The notes beneath the pieces are model-generated. The model was not told the DNA's origin. It saw only the letters and a list, made by a program, of their open reading frames with translations, and did no database searches. From contig JBCCWC010000002.1 of NCBI GenBank assembly GCA_039194325.1, forward strand, positions 190,191 through 254,190: a DNA stretch of 64,000 nt, written 5' to 3'. The position numbers and the translations under genes are program-made. This stretch comes from Myxococcota bacterium (GTDB lineage: Bacteria; Myxococcota_A; Polyangia; Nannocystales; Nannocystaceae). The first letter of the stretch is position 1; each line of letters starts with the position of its first letter. This document shows positions 55,217-64,000 of the stretch, in pieces.

Positions 55217-56570
55217 GGGGCTCGGCCGCAGGGGACTCGACCGTACGTTCGACCTCCCAGCCCGGGCCTTCCCAGGCTTCCAGTCGCGACACCCGAGGCT
55301 CCTCGGTCGCCACGATGCCCTCGCGTGCTCGCCGCTCGGGATCGATCGCCTCGCGCACCACCCGAAAAAGCGGCGTGCCGAACCCGACGGGCGGTGCCTT
55401 ACGCACCAGCTCGATCCGCTCCCGGAGCCCTTGCTTGCCCAGCTCGAGCGCGCGGTGGATGCAAAACGGGTTGTTCCCCGGCCGCCCCAGCACTGGCTCG
55501 GATACCGCGGTGCAGCCCCCCATGCACGTGGGGCCGTAGTAGCACGTGCGGCAAAAGCCCCACAGGTCGTCCACGCTGCGGTTGCGCAGCGACGTCATCT
55601 CGCGGGCCTCTCGCCACAGCGTGGCCACCCCGTGCTCGCGCCAGCTGCCCCCGATGTTGACCTCGGTGCCCAGGCTGGGACAGTTCTTGATCGCGCCGTT
55701 GGCCTCGATCCCCATGGTCGAGGCTCCCGCCTCGCAGCCCGAGTAGTGCCCCGTGCGGGGCCGCTGTCGCCGGCGCAGCTTGAACTCGTAGGGGCCGAAG
55801 TAGCCCAGGCTGTTGGCGGGCCAGACCGTGATCCCTCGCGCCTCGCAGCGATCGACGACTTGGTCGAGGGTCTCGAACAGCTCCGGGTACATATAGGGCT
55901 GGAGGATCATCTCCGGGTGATCGGCCGCGTGCCCGTGGGGCACCGTGATCTGCAGCTGCCACGCGTGGATCCCCTCGGCCGCCAGTAGCTCCAGCAGCGG
56001 CAGCAGCTCGTGTCGCGTCCATACGTTGATCTGAGTGTTGGTCGCCACCTTGCACCCCGCCTCCCGAAGGTGGCGCAAGGCCGCGAACGCGCGGGTCCAG
56101 CTGTCCTTGGTGTTGCGCACTCGATCGTGGCTCGGTTGCAGCCCGTCGATCGAAAGCGACACACTCTGGATCCCCGCCTCCACCATCGCCCGAGCGCGCG
56201 CGCGCGTGAGGTTGTAGCCCCCGGTGGTCATCGTGGCGGTCATGCCCAGGCGTCGGATCTCGCGGATCACCAGGATGAAGTCGTGGCGTAGGTAGGCCTC
56301 GCCGCCGATCAGCACCACCTCGCCCACCCCCACGTCCGCCAGATCGCGCACCAGCGCCAGGGCCTCCTCGGTCGACAGCTCGTCCGGGCGCCGCTTGCCC
56401 GCTCGCGGGCCGCAGTGAAGGCAGTGCTGATCGCAGGCCAGGGTGAACTCCCACACCGCGAGCCGGGGGGTCGACGCATTGGGCCCCTTGCCGGGGATGA
56501 AGCCCCGACCCCGCGAGGGGGGAAGCTCGGATACGACCGGCAGTCGGCGTCGCACGTCCTCCAGGGTCAT
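55200..56570 (-). CDS. Radical SAM/SPASM peptide or protein maturase, PlpX-like splicease family
   Basis: AVWEFTLACDQHCLHCGPRAG, IGGEAYLR, TTGG, NTQIN, WQLQITVP, GYFGPYE, GCEAG..GIEANGAIKNCPSL, LWGFCRTCYYGPTCMGGC, GNNPFCIHRAL; ATG at 56570. Confidence 0.88.
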   Translation of the reverse strand: MTLEDVRRRLPVVSELPPSRGRGFIPGKGPNASTPRLAVWEFTLACDQHCLHCGPRAGKRRPDELSTEEALALVRDLADVGVGEVVLIGGEAYLRHDFILVIREIRRLGMTATMTTGGYNLTRARARAMVEAGIQSVSLSIDGLQPSHDRVRNTKDSWTRAFAALRHLREAGCKVATNTQINVWTRHELLPLLELLAAEGIHAWQLQITVPHGHAADHPEMILQPYMYPELFETLDQVVDRCEARGITVWPANSLGYFGPYEFKLRRRQRPRTGHYSGCEAGASTMGIEANGAIKNCPSLGTEVNIGGSWREHGVATLWREAREMTSLRNRSVDDLWGFCRTCYYGPTCMGGCTAVSEPVLGRPGNNPFCIHRALELGKQGLRERIELVRKAPPVGFGTPLFRVVREAIDPERRAREGIVATEEPRVSRLEAWEGPGWEVERTVESPAAEPPTAGS

Positions 56571-56681
56571 GCCGAGCACGCTACCAGCGCGGAGCGTCAG
56601 GGAGAATTCCGCGGTCCCCGGTTTCGGCTCGAGCTCGGGATCATCCTCAGCTGGGCTCGCTGTGGTACCACCCTTTGCGTC

Positions 56682-57938
56682 ATGCCGATCGCGCTTCCCA
56701 AGTTCCAGTACCGGTTCATGGCCGCCATGGGTCACGTGATCTTCCCGGCCAACTTCCACCCGGTTGGCACCCAAGCCGCGGCACGCGCCATGGTCGAGCG
56801 CGTGTCGCCCTCCGTCGCCCCCGCGCCGGGGTCGGGCGGTCGCTGGCTGGTGGTGGGCGGCTCGGGTGGCTTCGGCAGCGCAGCGCGGGCCGTGCTCGGG
56901 GCACGCCGTGGGGCGCATACCCTCAACCTCTCGCTCGACGCCCAGCCCAACCTCGAAAGCAAGAACAAGGTGCGTATGGTGGGATCGCCCGGTTTTCATC
57001 GCACCCTGGCCCTCGAGCAGGCCCTGCGGGCCCGGGGCGTGGTCGCGCGCTCGGTGCAGGGCGACGCCTTCGATCCGCAGGTGCTCCAGGCCACCGTCGC
57101 CGAGATCCGCGAGCACTTCGAGGGGGCGCTCGACGGGATCGTCTGGTCGCTCGCCGCTCCTCGGGCCCTCGACCCTCGCACCGGCAAGCCGGTCTCCAGC
57201 GCCCTGCGACCGCTGGGCGCTCCGGTCACCTTCAAGACCTTCACCGGTCGCGACGAACGCAAAGGGGAGCCGCCTCGCGTCGTCGAAGTGACCATGGAGC
57301 CCGGCACGCCCGAGCAGGCGATCGGCACGATCTATGTGATGGGCGGCGGGATCGTCGAGCGCTGGGTGTCCGCCCTGCTCGACGCCGGCGTGCTCGCCGA
57401 AGGTGCTTGCTTGCTCACCGTCAGCTACCGCGGCAACCCTCTGAACGAGGGCCTCTACCGCAAGGGCCTGATCGGCCTGGCCAAGGCCGACCTCGAGTAC
57501 ACCACGCGGGCCCTCGATGCCTCGCTGCGGGCGCGGATCGGCGGGCGGGCGATGGCGGTGGAGGGCCCCGCGGTGGTCACCGAGGCCTCCGGGGGGATCC
57601 CCGGCGTTCCCTTCTACCTCGCGCACGTCATGGACGTGATGGGCGAGCGCTTCGAGGATCCCACCGCCAACATGATCCGCCTGTTCGACGAGCACTTCGG
57701 CGAGGCCGGGCCCACCCTCGACGACGAGGGCCTGCTGCGCATGGACGATCGCGAGCTCACCGAGCCCGTCCAGGCCCAGATGCGTGACCGCTTTGCCGCG
57801 GCCGCCGTGGGCGAGCCCTTCCCCGACCCGCTCTACGACGCCTTCTTGGCCGCCTATGCCCAGACCCGCGGGTTCTCGGTGCCAGGCATCGACTACGACG
57901 CCGAGTTCGACCCGGCGCAGATCTGTGCCGCCGGCTGA
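56682..57938 (+). CDS. FabV-like enoyl-ACP/trans-2-enoyl-CoA reductase (divergent)
   Basis: HPVG, VVGGSGGFG, GDAF, WSLAAPR..DP.TG..S.LRPLG, VMGG, Y-x8-K (YRKGLIGLAK), VTEASGGIP, LRMDDREL. Confidence 0.8.
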   Translation: MPIALPKFQYRFMAAMGHVIFPANFHPVGTQAAARAMVERVSPSVAPAPGSGGRWLVVGGSGGFGSAARAVLGARRGAHTLNLSLDAQPNLESKNKVRMVGSPGFHRTLALEQALRARGVVARSVQGDAFDPQVLQATVAEIREHFEGALDGIVWSLAAPRALDPRTGKPVSSALRPLGAPVTFKTFTGRDERKGEPPRVVEVTMEPGTPEQAIGTIYVMGGGIVERWVSALLDAGVLAEGACLLTVSYRGNPLNEGLYRKGLIGLAKADLEYTTRALDASLRARIGGRAMAVEGPAVVTEASGGIPGVPFYLAHVMDVMGERFEDPTANMIRLFDEHFGEAGPTLDDEGLLRMDDRELTEPVQAQMRDRFAAAAVGEPFPDPLYDAFLAAYAQTRGFSVPGIDYDAEFDPAQICAAG

Positions 57939-57955
57939 GCCTCGAGCAAGGAACC

Positions 57956-60190
57956 ATGGCCATGATGCGACTGTCTTCGATCCCCCTGTGGCTCGCGGTG
58001 ACCCTCGGGGTGGCCTGCTCCCCCGATCCAGACCCTGCCGCCAGCGGGGATGGCGATGGGAGCGCGACGGCCGGCACCGGCTCCGACTCCGTGTCCATGG
58101 CCGACGCGGCCGCCGACGAAACCACCGCGGCGGATGGCACCGGCTCTGAGGGCGAGGACGAGACTGAGGGGACCGTGCCTCCCGAGCCCTCGTACCGGGT
58201 CGGCGCGGGGATCTACGACATCACCGGCCCCCCCCGCGACGTGGGGATGATGGGCTACGCGGACACCGGGCAGACCACCACCGGGATCCACCTGCGCCTG
58301 CGCTCTCGTGCGTTCATCGTCGCCGCCGACGACGACGACGACGACGACAACAACAATAGTCGCGTTGTGTTCGTGAGCGTCGATCTCGGGCAGGTGTTCA
58401 TCGCGGTCAAGCAGGGGGTGGTCGCCCGGCTCGCCGCCGATCCCGAGCTCTCCGCGCACTACGGCGACGCCAACGTCCTGCTCAGCGCGACCCACACCCA
58501 CGCGGGCCCTGGCGGCTACTCGCACTACTTCCTCTACAACTTCACCGTTGGGGGGCTGGTCGAGCAAAACTACGAGGTGATCGTCGACGGGATCGTCGAG
58601 TCGATCCGTCGCGCCCATCAAAACCTCCAGCCGGGCCGGATCCAGCTGTCGACCGGGCGCGTGGACGACGTGGGCTGGCAGCGCTCCGCCCCCGCCTACG
58701 AGCAAAACCCCGCGCAGGAGCGCGAGTCCTACGCCGACGGCGACACCGACAAGACCGCGACCGTGCTGCGCTTGGTCGCCGCCGACGACGACCAGCAGGA
58801 TCTGGGGATGATCGCCTGGCACGCGGTGCACCCGACCGCGATGAGCCCGTTCAACACCCTGATCTCCGGCGACATCCACGGCCTGGCGTCCTACCGGTTC
58901 GAGCGCGAGCAGGGGACCGACTATGACGCGGCCACCACCTTTGTCGCCGCCTTTGCCCAGAGCAACTCGGGGGACGTCTCCCCCAACGTGCTATGGGGTC
59001 CACCCGACGGGGTCGTCGACCCGGAGCAGCTCGAACAGCTGGGGATCCGCCTGTCCGACCGCGTGCGGCAGCTTTGGGACGCTCCCCAGCAGGAGCTCAG
59101 CGGCCCCGTGGCCCACGCCCATCACTACGTCGATATGGCCGACGTGTTGGTGGAGTCGTCTGGCCGCCGCACCTGTGGTGCCGCGATGGGGGCGTCGTTT
59201 TCGGCGGGCAGCAGCGAAGACAACGCCAGCCCGCTGCCGCTTTATGAGGAGGGGACCACCCGCGATGATCTCGGCGGGGTGGGCGAGCTCGGGGGCGCGA
59301 TCTTGCAGGTGATCTTCGCGGGGGTCACCGGAATCATCTGGCCCGATGCCCTCGACCCCGAATACGTCGATTGCCACGGCGACAAGCCGATCCTCATCCC
59401 TGTAGGCGCGGCTCGGTTCGAAGGCCAGCCGATGGTGCCCAACATCCTGCCGCTCCAGCTCCTCCGGATCGGATCGCTGGTGATCGTGGGGCATCCCAGC
59501 GAGATCTCGACCATGGCGGGCCGGAGGCTCCGCGAGTCGATCGCCGATCGCCTCGAGCCGATCGGCGTCGAGCACGTCGTCATCGCGGGGCTGTCCAACG
59601 CCTACAGCTCCTATGTCACCACGCCCGAGGAGTACTCCGCGCAGCACTACGAAGGGGCGTCTACGCTGTTCGGGCCCGACACCCTCCCCGCCTACGTCCA
59701 GGAGTTTGGTCGCTTGGCCGATGCGCTGGTCGACGGCCGGGTGCTCCCCCCGTCGGTGGTGCCTCCGGATCTGTCGGGCACCGGGTTTCGGACCTCTGCC
59801 GATGTGCTGCTCGACACCACCCCGATCGGCGCCGACTTCGGTGACGTCGCCGCCGAGCCCCAGCCGATCTATACTGTCGGGGATACCGTCGAGGTCGTAT
59901 TCCACGGCGGGTATCCCAACCACGACCTGCAGACCCAGTCCAGCTACCTGACCGTCGAGCACCACAGCGGCCAAGACGAGGGCGGCACCGTGGTGGCCGA
60001 CGACGGCGACTGGTCGACCACGATCCAGTGGGAGCGGACGCTGACCGAGACCCGGGTGAGGATCCGCTGGCAGATCGACGAGTCCGTGGCTCCGGGGATC
60101 TATCGGATCCACCACCGCGGGTACGCCAGGAACCTGCTCGGAGACCTCACGCCCTATGAGGGGGCGTCGATGGAGTTCGAGGTGCAGTAG
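57956..60190 (+). CDS. Neutral/alkaline non-lysosomal ceramidase (lipoprotein)
   Basis: DITGPP..MMGYA, GIHLRLRSRAFI, SATHTHAGPGG, AQSNSGDVSPN, YEGASTLFGP; GVAC lipobox. Confidence 0.93.
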   Translation: MAMMRLSSIPLWLAVTLGVACSPDPDPAASGDGDGSATAGTGSDSVSMADAAADETTAADGTGSEGEDETEGTVPPEPSYRVGAGIYDITGPPRDVGMMGYADTGQTTTGIHLRLRSRAFIVAADDDDDDDNNNSRVVFVSVDLGQVFIAVKQGVVARLAADPELSAHYGDANVLLSATHTHAGPGGYSHYFLYNFTVGGLVEQNYEVIVDGIVESIRRAHQNLQPGRIQLSTGRVDDVGWQRSAPAYEQNPAQERESYADGDTDKTATVLRLVAADDDQQDLGMIAWHAVHPTAMSPFNTLISGDIHGLASYRFEREQGTDYDAATTFVAAFAQSNSGDVSPNVLWGPPDGVVDPEQLEQLGIRLSDRVRQLWDAPQQELSGPVAHAHHYVDMADVLVESSGRRTCGAAMGASFSAGSSEDNASPLPLYEEGTTRDDLGGVGELGGAILQVIFAGVTGIIWPDALDPEYVDCHGDKPILIPVGAARFEGQPMVPNILPLQLLRIGSLVIVGHPSEISTMAGRRLRESIADRLEPIGVEHVVIAGLSNAYSSYVTTPEEYSAQHYEGASTLFGPDTLPAYVQEFGRLADALVDGRVLPPSVVPPDLSGTGFRTSADVLLDTTPIGADFGDVAAEPQPIYTVGDTVEVVFHGGYPNHDLQTQSSYLTVEHHSGQDEGGTVVADDGDWSTTIQWERTLTETRVRIRWQIDESVAPGIYRIHHRGYARNLLGDLTPYEGASMEFEVQ

Positions 60191-60268
60191 CGGCGCGCTT
60201 TGGCGCCGGCGGTCGTCGCCCGCGAGCGCGACGAGCCGCGCTCGTTGCCCGGTAGGGGGACGTGTCGG

Positions 60269-60320
60269 CTAGATCTCGACCCAGATCTCGACCCAGATCT
60301 CGACCTCGACCTAGATCTCG
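60269..60320. repeat. 12-bp tandem repeat (AGATCTCGACCC) overlapping a stop codon
   Basis: CTAGATCTCG at 60269 is identical to the gene-terminal 60311-60320. Confidence 0.85.
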
Positions 60321-60625
60321 TCGTTGCGTGCCTTCTCGAGCCACTTCTCCATCTCGGTGGAGAGCACCGACTCGATCTTCTTTTGGAAGGGCTTGAACAG
60401 CAGCGGGACCTTCCCGTCGATCCGCAGCTCGTCGTCGTCGAACTCCACCACCGCGTTGATCGACTGCGACATCACGGTGAAGCCGATGGTGGCGCGGTCT
60501 TCTTGCCCCCAGTCGAGCTGGGGCTTGTAGTCGGACAGTCGCTCCTCGTAGGCCGCGTAGGCCTTCTCGACGACGACGCGGACCCGGTTTCGGTCGGGCA
60601 ATCCGTGCTGAACGGAGTACTTCAT
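60311..60625 (-). CDS. Polyhydroxyalkanoic acid system (PHA_gran_rgn)-like small protein
   Basis: HGL..W...IDGKVPLLFKPFQKKIESVL..E.EKWL pattern. Confidence 0.7.
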   Translation of the reverse strand: MKYSVQHGLPDRNRVRVVVEKAYAAYEERLSDYKPQLDWGQEDRATIGFTVMSQSINAVVEFDDDELRIDGKVPLLFKPFQKKIESVLSTEMEKWLEKARNDEI

Positions 60626-60699
60626 GGGCTGGGCGCCACTATAGCAGCCGCTGCGCCCGCTGGTCAGCTCGCGACGAGCCGGGCTATGGTCCGCCCGCC

Positions 60700-63600
60700 A
60701 TGGGCAACACCCCCTCCCGTCCTGGACAGCGGTGGCGCGTTCTGTTCTTGCTGTTCTTCCTGTCGGGGATCAGCGGGCTGATCTACGAGTCGATCTGGTC
60801 GCGCTACATCCGGTTGTTCGTGGGCAGCGCCGCTACGGCGCAGATCCTGGTGCTCAGCCTGTTCATGGGGGGCATGTCGCTGGGGGCGCTGCTGGCCGGG
60901 CGCTACCTCCGGCGCCTGCGCTCTCCGGTGGTCGCCTATGGCCTCGTCGAGGGGTTCATTGGTCTTTATGCCCTGGCGTTCCCGTACCTCCAAGATGGCG
61001 CCATGCGCCTCAGCTACGACGTGCTCTTCCCGATCGTCGGGAGTGGGGGCCTGGGCGGTGGCGGGGCCGTGGTGGTCACCAAGTGGTTGGTGGCGGCCCT
61101 GCTCATCCTGCCGCCGTGTGTGGCCCTGGGTACCACCTTCCCGCTGATGAGCGTGGGCATCCTGCGTCGTGATCTGGCCCGCTCGGGTGAGGTGCTCAGC
61201 CTGCTGTACTTCACCAACAGCCTCGGCGCCTCGGCCGGGGCGCTGCTGTCCGGTTTCGTGCTGGTGGGGGCGTTGGGGCTGCCCGGAACGCTGATGGTGG
61301 CGGCGACGATCAACATCCTCATCATGCTGGTCGCCCTGCGGGATCGCGACCCGGCCCCGCCTATCGAGGGCAGGCCTGTCGAGGGTGAGGATGGGCCCGG
61401 GGACGCGACCCAGGGCGCCATGGTCTGGCTGTTCCTCGCGGTCGCCTTCGGCACCGGCCTGTCGTCGTTCATGTACGAGATCGGCTGGATCCGCCTGCTG
61501 TCGATGGTGCTGGGCTCGGCGACCCACTCATTCGAGGTGATGCTCTCGGCCTTCATCCTGGGCCTGGCCATGGGGGGCCTGTTCATTCGTCGGCGGATGG
61601 ACCGATTTGAGCGTCCCGAGGTCGTGCTCGCCGTCATCCAGCTGGCCATGGGTCTGGCCGCGATCATCACGCTGCCCCTCTACGCACACGCGGTAGACTG
61701 GATGGGCAAGCTGATGAACCACGACGCGGGGTCGTGGGAGGTGCTGGGCCTGACGATCGGTCTAGACCGGACCGAGAGCTTGTGGCGCACCTTCAACGTG
61801 CTGCGCTACCTGCTGTGCCTGCTCATCATGTTCCCCGCTACGTTCTGTGCGGGGATGACCTTGCCCCTGTTGACCCATGTGATGCTCCGGCGCGGACAGC
61901 CCGAGAGCGTGGTGGGTAATGTCTACGGCGTCAACACGCTGGGGTCGATCTGTGGGGCGGTCGCGGCGGGCCTGCTGCTGATGCCGGTGATCGGTATCAA
62001 GGGCGTGATCGTGCTGGGAGCCCTGGTCGACATGGTCTTGGGCGTGTGGCTGATCCACAACGAGATCCAGCTGGGTCGGCTCACCGCGGGGATCCGTACC
62101 TTCCTGCTGACCGCGGGCGGGGGCACGGTGCTCACGGTGGTGGTCGCGCTCATGGTGATCCGGGTCGACCCCATGAAGCTGACCGCTACCGTATTTCGCG
62201 ACGGCCGGACGGTGCTGCCCGACTACTACGAGATCCTCAGCTACGTCGACGGCCGCACCGCCAGCGTGACCGTGGTCGACAACGAGCAGCGCGCCGGCTA
62301 TCGCATCATCTACACCAACGGAAAGCCCGATGCCTCGGTGGTGCTCGACCGCTGGCCCGCCGACCGCGACCGCGGGCTCGGCCCCAGCATCGCCGGTGAC
62401 GAGCCCAACCAGTTCCTGGTGGGGATCGTGCCGCTGATGGCCCAGCCCGAGGCTACCGACGCCGCCCTCATCGGTTTTGGCTCGGGGGTCACCTGTCACA
62501 CGGTGCTGGGCTCACCCCACCTCGAGCGCCTGGACACGGTGGAGATCGAGCCCGAGATGGTGGAGGGGTCGCGCTTCTTCATGCCGATCAACTACCGGGC
62601 CTACCAGGATCCGCGCAGCCACATCGTCTTCGACGACGCCAAAGCCTACTTTGCTTCGGCCGGCCTCCAGTACGACTTCATCGTCTCCGAGCCCACCAAC
62701 CCCTGGGTGAGCGGGGTCTCCAGCTTGTTCACCGTGGAGTTCTACCGGGAGGTCAAGCGTTACCTCAAGCCGGGCGGCATGCTCGCCCAGTGGCTCCAGG
62801 GCTACGAGCTGTCCGACGAGCTGATGATGTCGGTACTCGCCGCGATCGATCGCGAGTTTGCCGACTACTTGGTCGTGCGGATCGGGACGCTCGACTGGGT
62901 GATCCTCTCCTCGCCCGACCGGCCGATCCCCGAGCTGTCGGCCGACGTGCTGGGGTGGCCCGGCCTGCGCGAGAGCTTTGATCTGTTGGGGATCCACGAC
63001 GTCGGCCAGGTCGACGGCCTCATCATCGCCAACCGGCGCTTGCTGCATCCCTTCATCTCGGGCCGGACCCCCAACCGCGACGTTCGACCCCTGCTCGACA
63101 CGGGCGCCGAGAAGCAGCGCTTCATGCGGTCGTCGGCCTACTTCCTGCACTTGCTGCGCTGGAGCCCCGGGCCCGTGCTGCCCGTGCTGGCGGGCGTTAC
63201 TCCGCGAGCCTACCCCCCCGAGGGGATCGGCGATCGCCGTGACACGCACATCCTGGAGGAGGCCGAGGAGGCCGCCTTGCTCATGCGCCGCTTCGCGGAC
63301 GACGACGCCCCGATCCCCGAGGGGCTCAGCGGGGTGAGGATGCCGCTGTGGAAGCAGCAGCAGGCGGCCGATCCCGTCGACTGGGATGCTTGGCTGGCCG
63401 CGACCTATGTGATCTACGAGCAGATCGTGCCTCACCTCGACGTGGCCGCGACCCCCTGGTGGACCGAGGTGATGGAGTCCGGCCAGGCCCAGGGCGTGCC
63501 CGAGCATGTGCAGCAGAGCCTGGAGATCCTCGATGCCATGGTGCGACGGCAGGGCGAGCGCCTGTGGGCCGCGGTCGAGCTCACGCTCGCGCTCGACGAG

Positions 63601-63777
63601 CATCCGCTGCCGGCGGCGACCCGAGCGCTCGCCGGGCTAGTCGCGCTAGAGCTGATGAAGGTGCCGGCCTCGCGCCGCCAGGACTACGCCCGCGAGCACA
63701 TGGCGCGCCTAGGCGCGGGGACCGGGAGCGACGACTACGGGTTCCAGGTGCTGCGGGCGTTCGCCGAGCGGGAGTAG
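60700..63777 (+). CDS. Fused MFS-like membrane domain / spermidine synthase-like protein
   Basis: LFFLSGISGLIYESIWSR, YFTNSLGA, NGKPDAS, IGFGSGVT, VEIEP, YDFIVSEPTNPWVSGVSSLFTVEFY. Confidence 0.92.
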   Translation: MGNTPSRPGQRWRVLFLLFFLSGISGLIYESIWSRYIRLFVGSAATAQILVLSLFMGGMSLGALLAGRYLRRLRSPVVAYGLVEGFIGLYALAFPYLQDGAMRLSYDVLFPIVGSGGLGGGGAVVVTKWLVAALLILPPCVALGTTFPLMSVGILRRDLARSGEVLSLLYFTNSLGASAGALLSGFVLVGALGLPGTLMVAATINILIMLVALRDRDPAPPIEGRPVEGEDGPGDATQGAMVWLFLAVAFGTGLSSFMYEIGWIRLLSMVLGSATHSFEVMLSAFILGLAMGGLFIRRRMDRFERPEVVLAVIQLAMGLAAIITLPLYAHAVDWMGKLMNHDAGSWEVLGLTIGLDRTESLWRTFNVLRYLLCLLIMFPATFCAGMTLPLLTHVMLRRGQPESVVGNVYGVNTLGSICGAVAAGLLLMPVIGIKGVIVLGALVDMVLGVWLIHNEIQLGRLTAGIRTFLLTAGGGTVLTVVVALMVIRVDPMKLTATVFRDGRTVLPDYYEILSYVDGRTASVTVVDNEQRAGYRIIYTNGKPDASVVLDRWPADRDRGLGPSIAGDEPNQFLVGIVPLMAQPEATDAALIGFGSGVTCHTVLGSPHLERLDTVEIEPEMVEGSRFFMPINYRAYQDPRSHIVFDDAKAYFASAGLQYDFIVSEPTNPWVSGVSSLFTVEFYREVKRYLKPGGMLAQWLQGYELSDELMMSVLAAIDREFADYLVVRIGTLDWVILSSPDRPIPELSADVLGWPGLRESFDLLGIHDVGQVDGLIIANRRLLHPFISGRTPNRDVRPLLDTGAEKQRFMRSSAYFLHLLRWSPGPVLPVLAGVTPRAYPPEGIGDRRDTHILEEAEEAALLMRRFADDDAPIPEGLSGVRMPLWKQQQAADPVDWDAWLAATYVIYEQIVPHLDVAATPWWTEVMESGQAQGVPEHVQQSLEILDAMVRRQGERLWAAVELTLALDEHPLPAATRALAGLVALELMKVPASRRQDYAREHMARLGAGTGSDDYGFQVLRAFAERE

Positions 63778-63784
63778 GCCGCCA

Positions 63785-63832
63785 GGTCGTCCATACGCGC
63801 CGAGCGGTCGTCCATACGCGCCGAGCGGTCGT
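63785..63832. repeat. 21-bp tandem repeat, 2.3 copies
   Basis: GGTCGTCCATACGCGCCGAGC x2 + GGTCGT. Confidence 0.85.
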
Positions 63833-63833
63833 G

Positions 63834-63949
63834 TGCAACCCGGAACATGGGTAACAGATCAATCCGGCAACATGGGTTACACACCGACATGTGTTGGACC
63901 TGAACCCCTCGTGGAATTTTCTTTTCGACCTACAGGAAAGTTCTTGACA
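63834..63949 (+). promoter_or_regulatory. Direct repeats and a -35 hexamer for a gene beyond the window
   Basis: AACATGGGTAACA 63844-63856, AACATGGGTTACA 63869-63881; TTGACA 63944-63949; -10 unclear. Confidence 0.4.
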
Positions 63950-64000
63950 ACGATCGGCTTGCCTGTTCTGTCCTTGTGGTAAACAAGACCCAGATAGACA

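Noticed and set aside
56571..57695. 375-aa N-terminal extension of the radical SAM ORF
   Set aside because: It is the antisense of the FabV-like gene; family similarity starts after ATG 56570.
58328..58357. (GAC)7(AAC)2AAT tract as a phase-variation switch
   Set aside because: Triplet repeat in frame; slippage would only change a poly-Asp loop length.
1..64000. tRNA, rRNA, riboswitch, prophage or integrase
   Set aside because: None recognised by eye; tRNAscan-SE and an Rfam scan would be needed to exclude them formally.

Overview
High-GC chromosomal window with the gene repertoire of a myxobacterium (Myxococcota, probably Nannocystaceae-like; inference from many Ser/Thr-linker lipoproteins, vWA, choice-of-anchor-L and TPR-kinase genes). 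About 50 credible CDSs; I saw no rRNA, tRNA, CRISPR array or transposase. Content: a partial RibD/GT4/CDP-alcohol-phosphotransferase/sulfatase-like/methyltransferase cluster, TetR + Coq4-like pair, MalE-MalF fusion + MalG, four vWA lipoproteins, SWIM/vWA genes split by a Uma2 nuclease, Ser/Thr kinase-TPR, LysR, a FixL-like kinase/USP/GAFTGA-less NtrC-type regulator locus, a direct-repeat-flanked zeta-like ATPase pair, an ECF-sigma cassette, FabV-like reductase, ceramidase and a fused MFS/spermidine synthase. Best leads: (1) an unannotated ~190-nt sigma54-driven, terminator-bounded sRNA (24839-25026) that resembles Pxr; (2) two paralogous barrel-TSP3-OmpA genes, each next to a lipoprotein with the same C-A-x-P-C-x-DDGL-x-Q-x5-CP N-terminus but a different C-terminal payload, one a thrombospondin C-terminal-like domain; (3) a PlpX-like radical SAM/SPASM splicease with a candidate lipoprotein substrate carrying a non-canonical YAGP motif; (4) an oxygen-sensing locus with GCGCA-N5-TGCGC-type sites. 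All calls are by eye and no searches were run. Start codons were often moved downstream of the ORF-track start.
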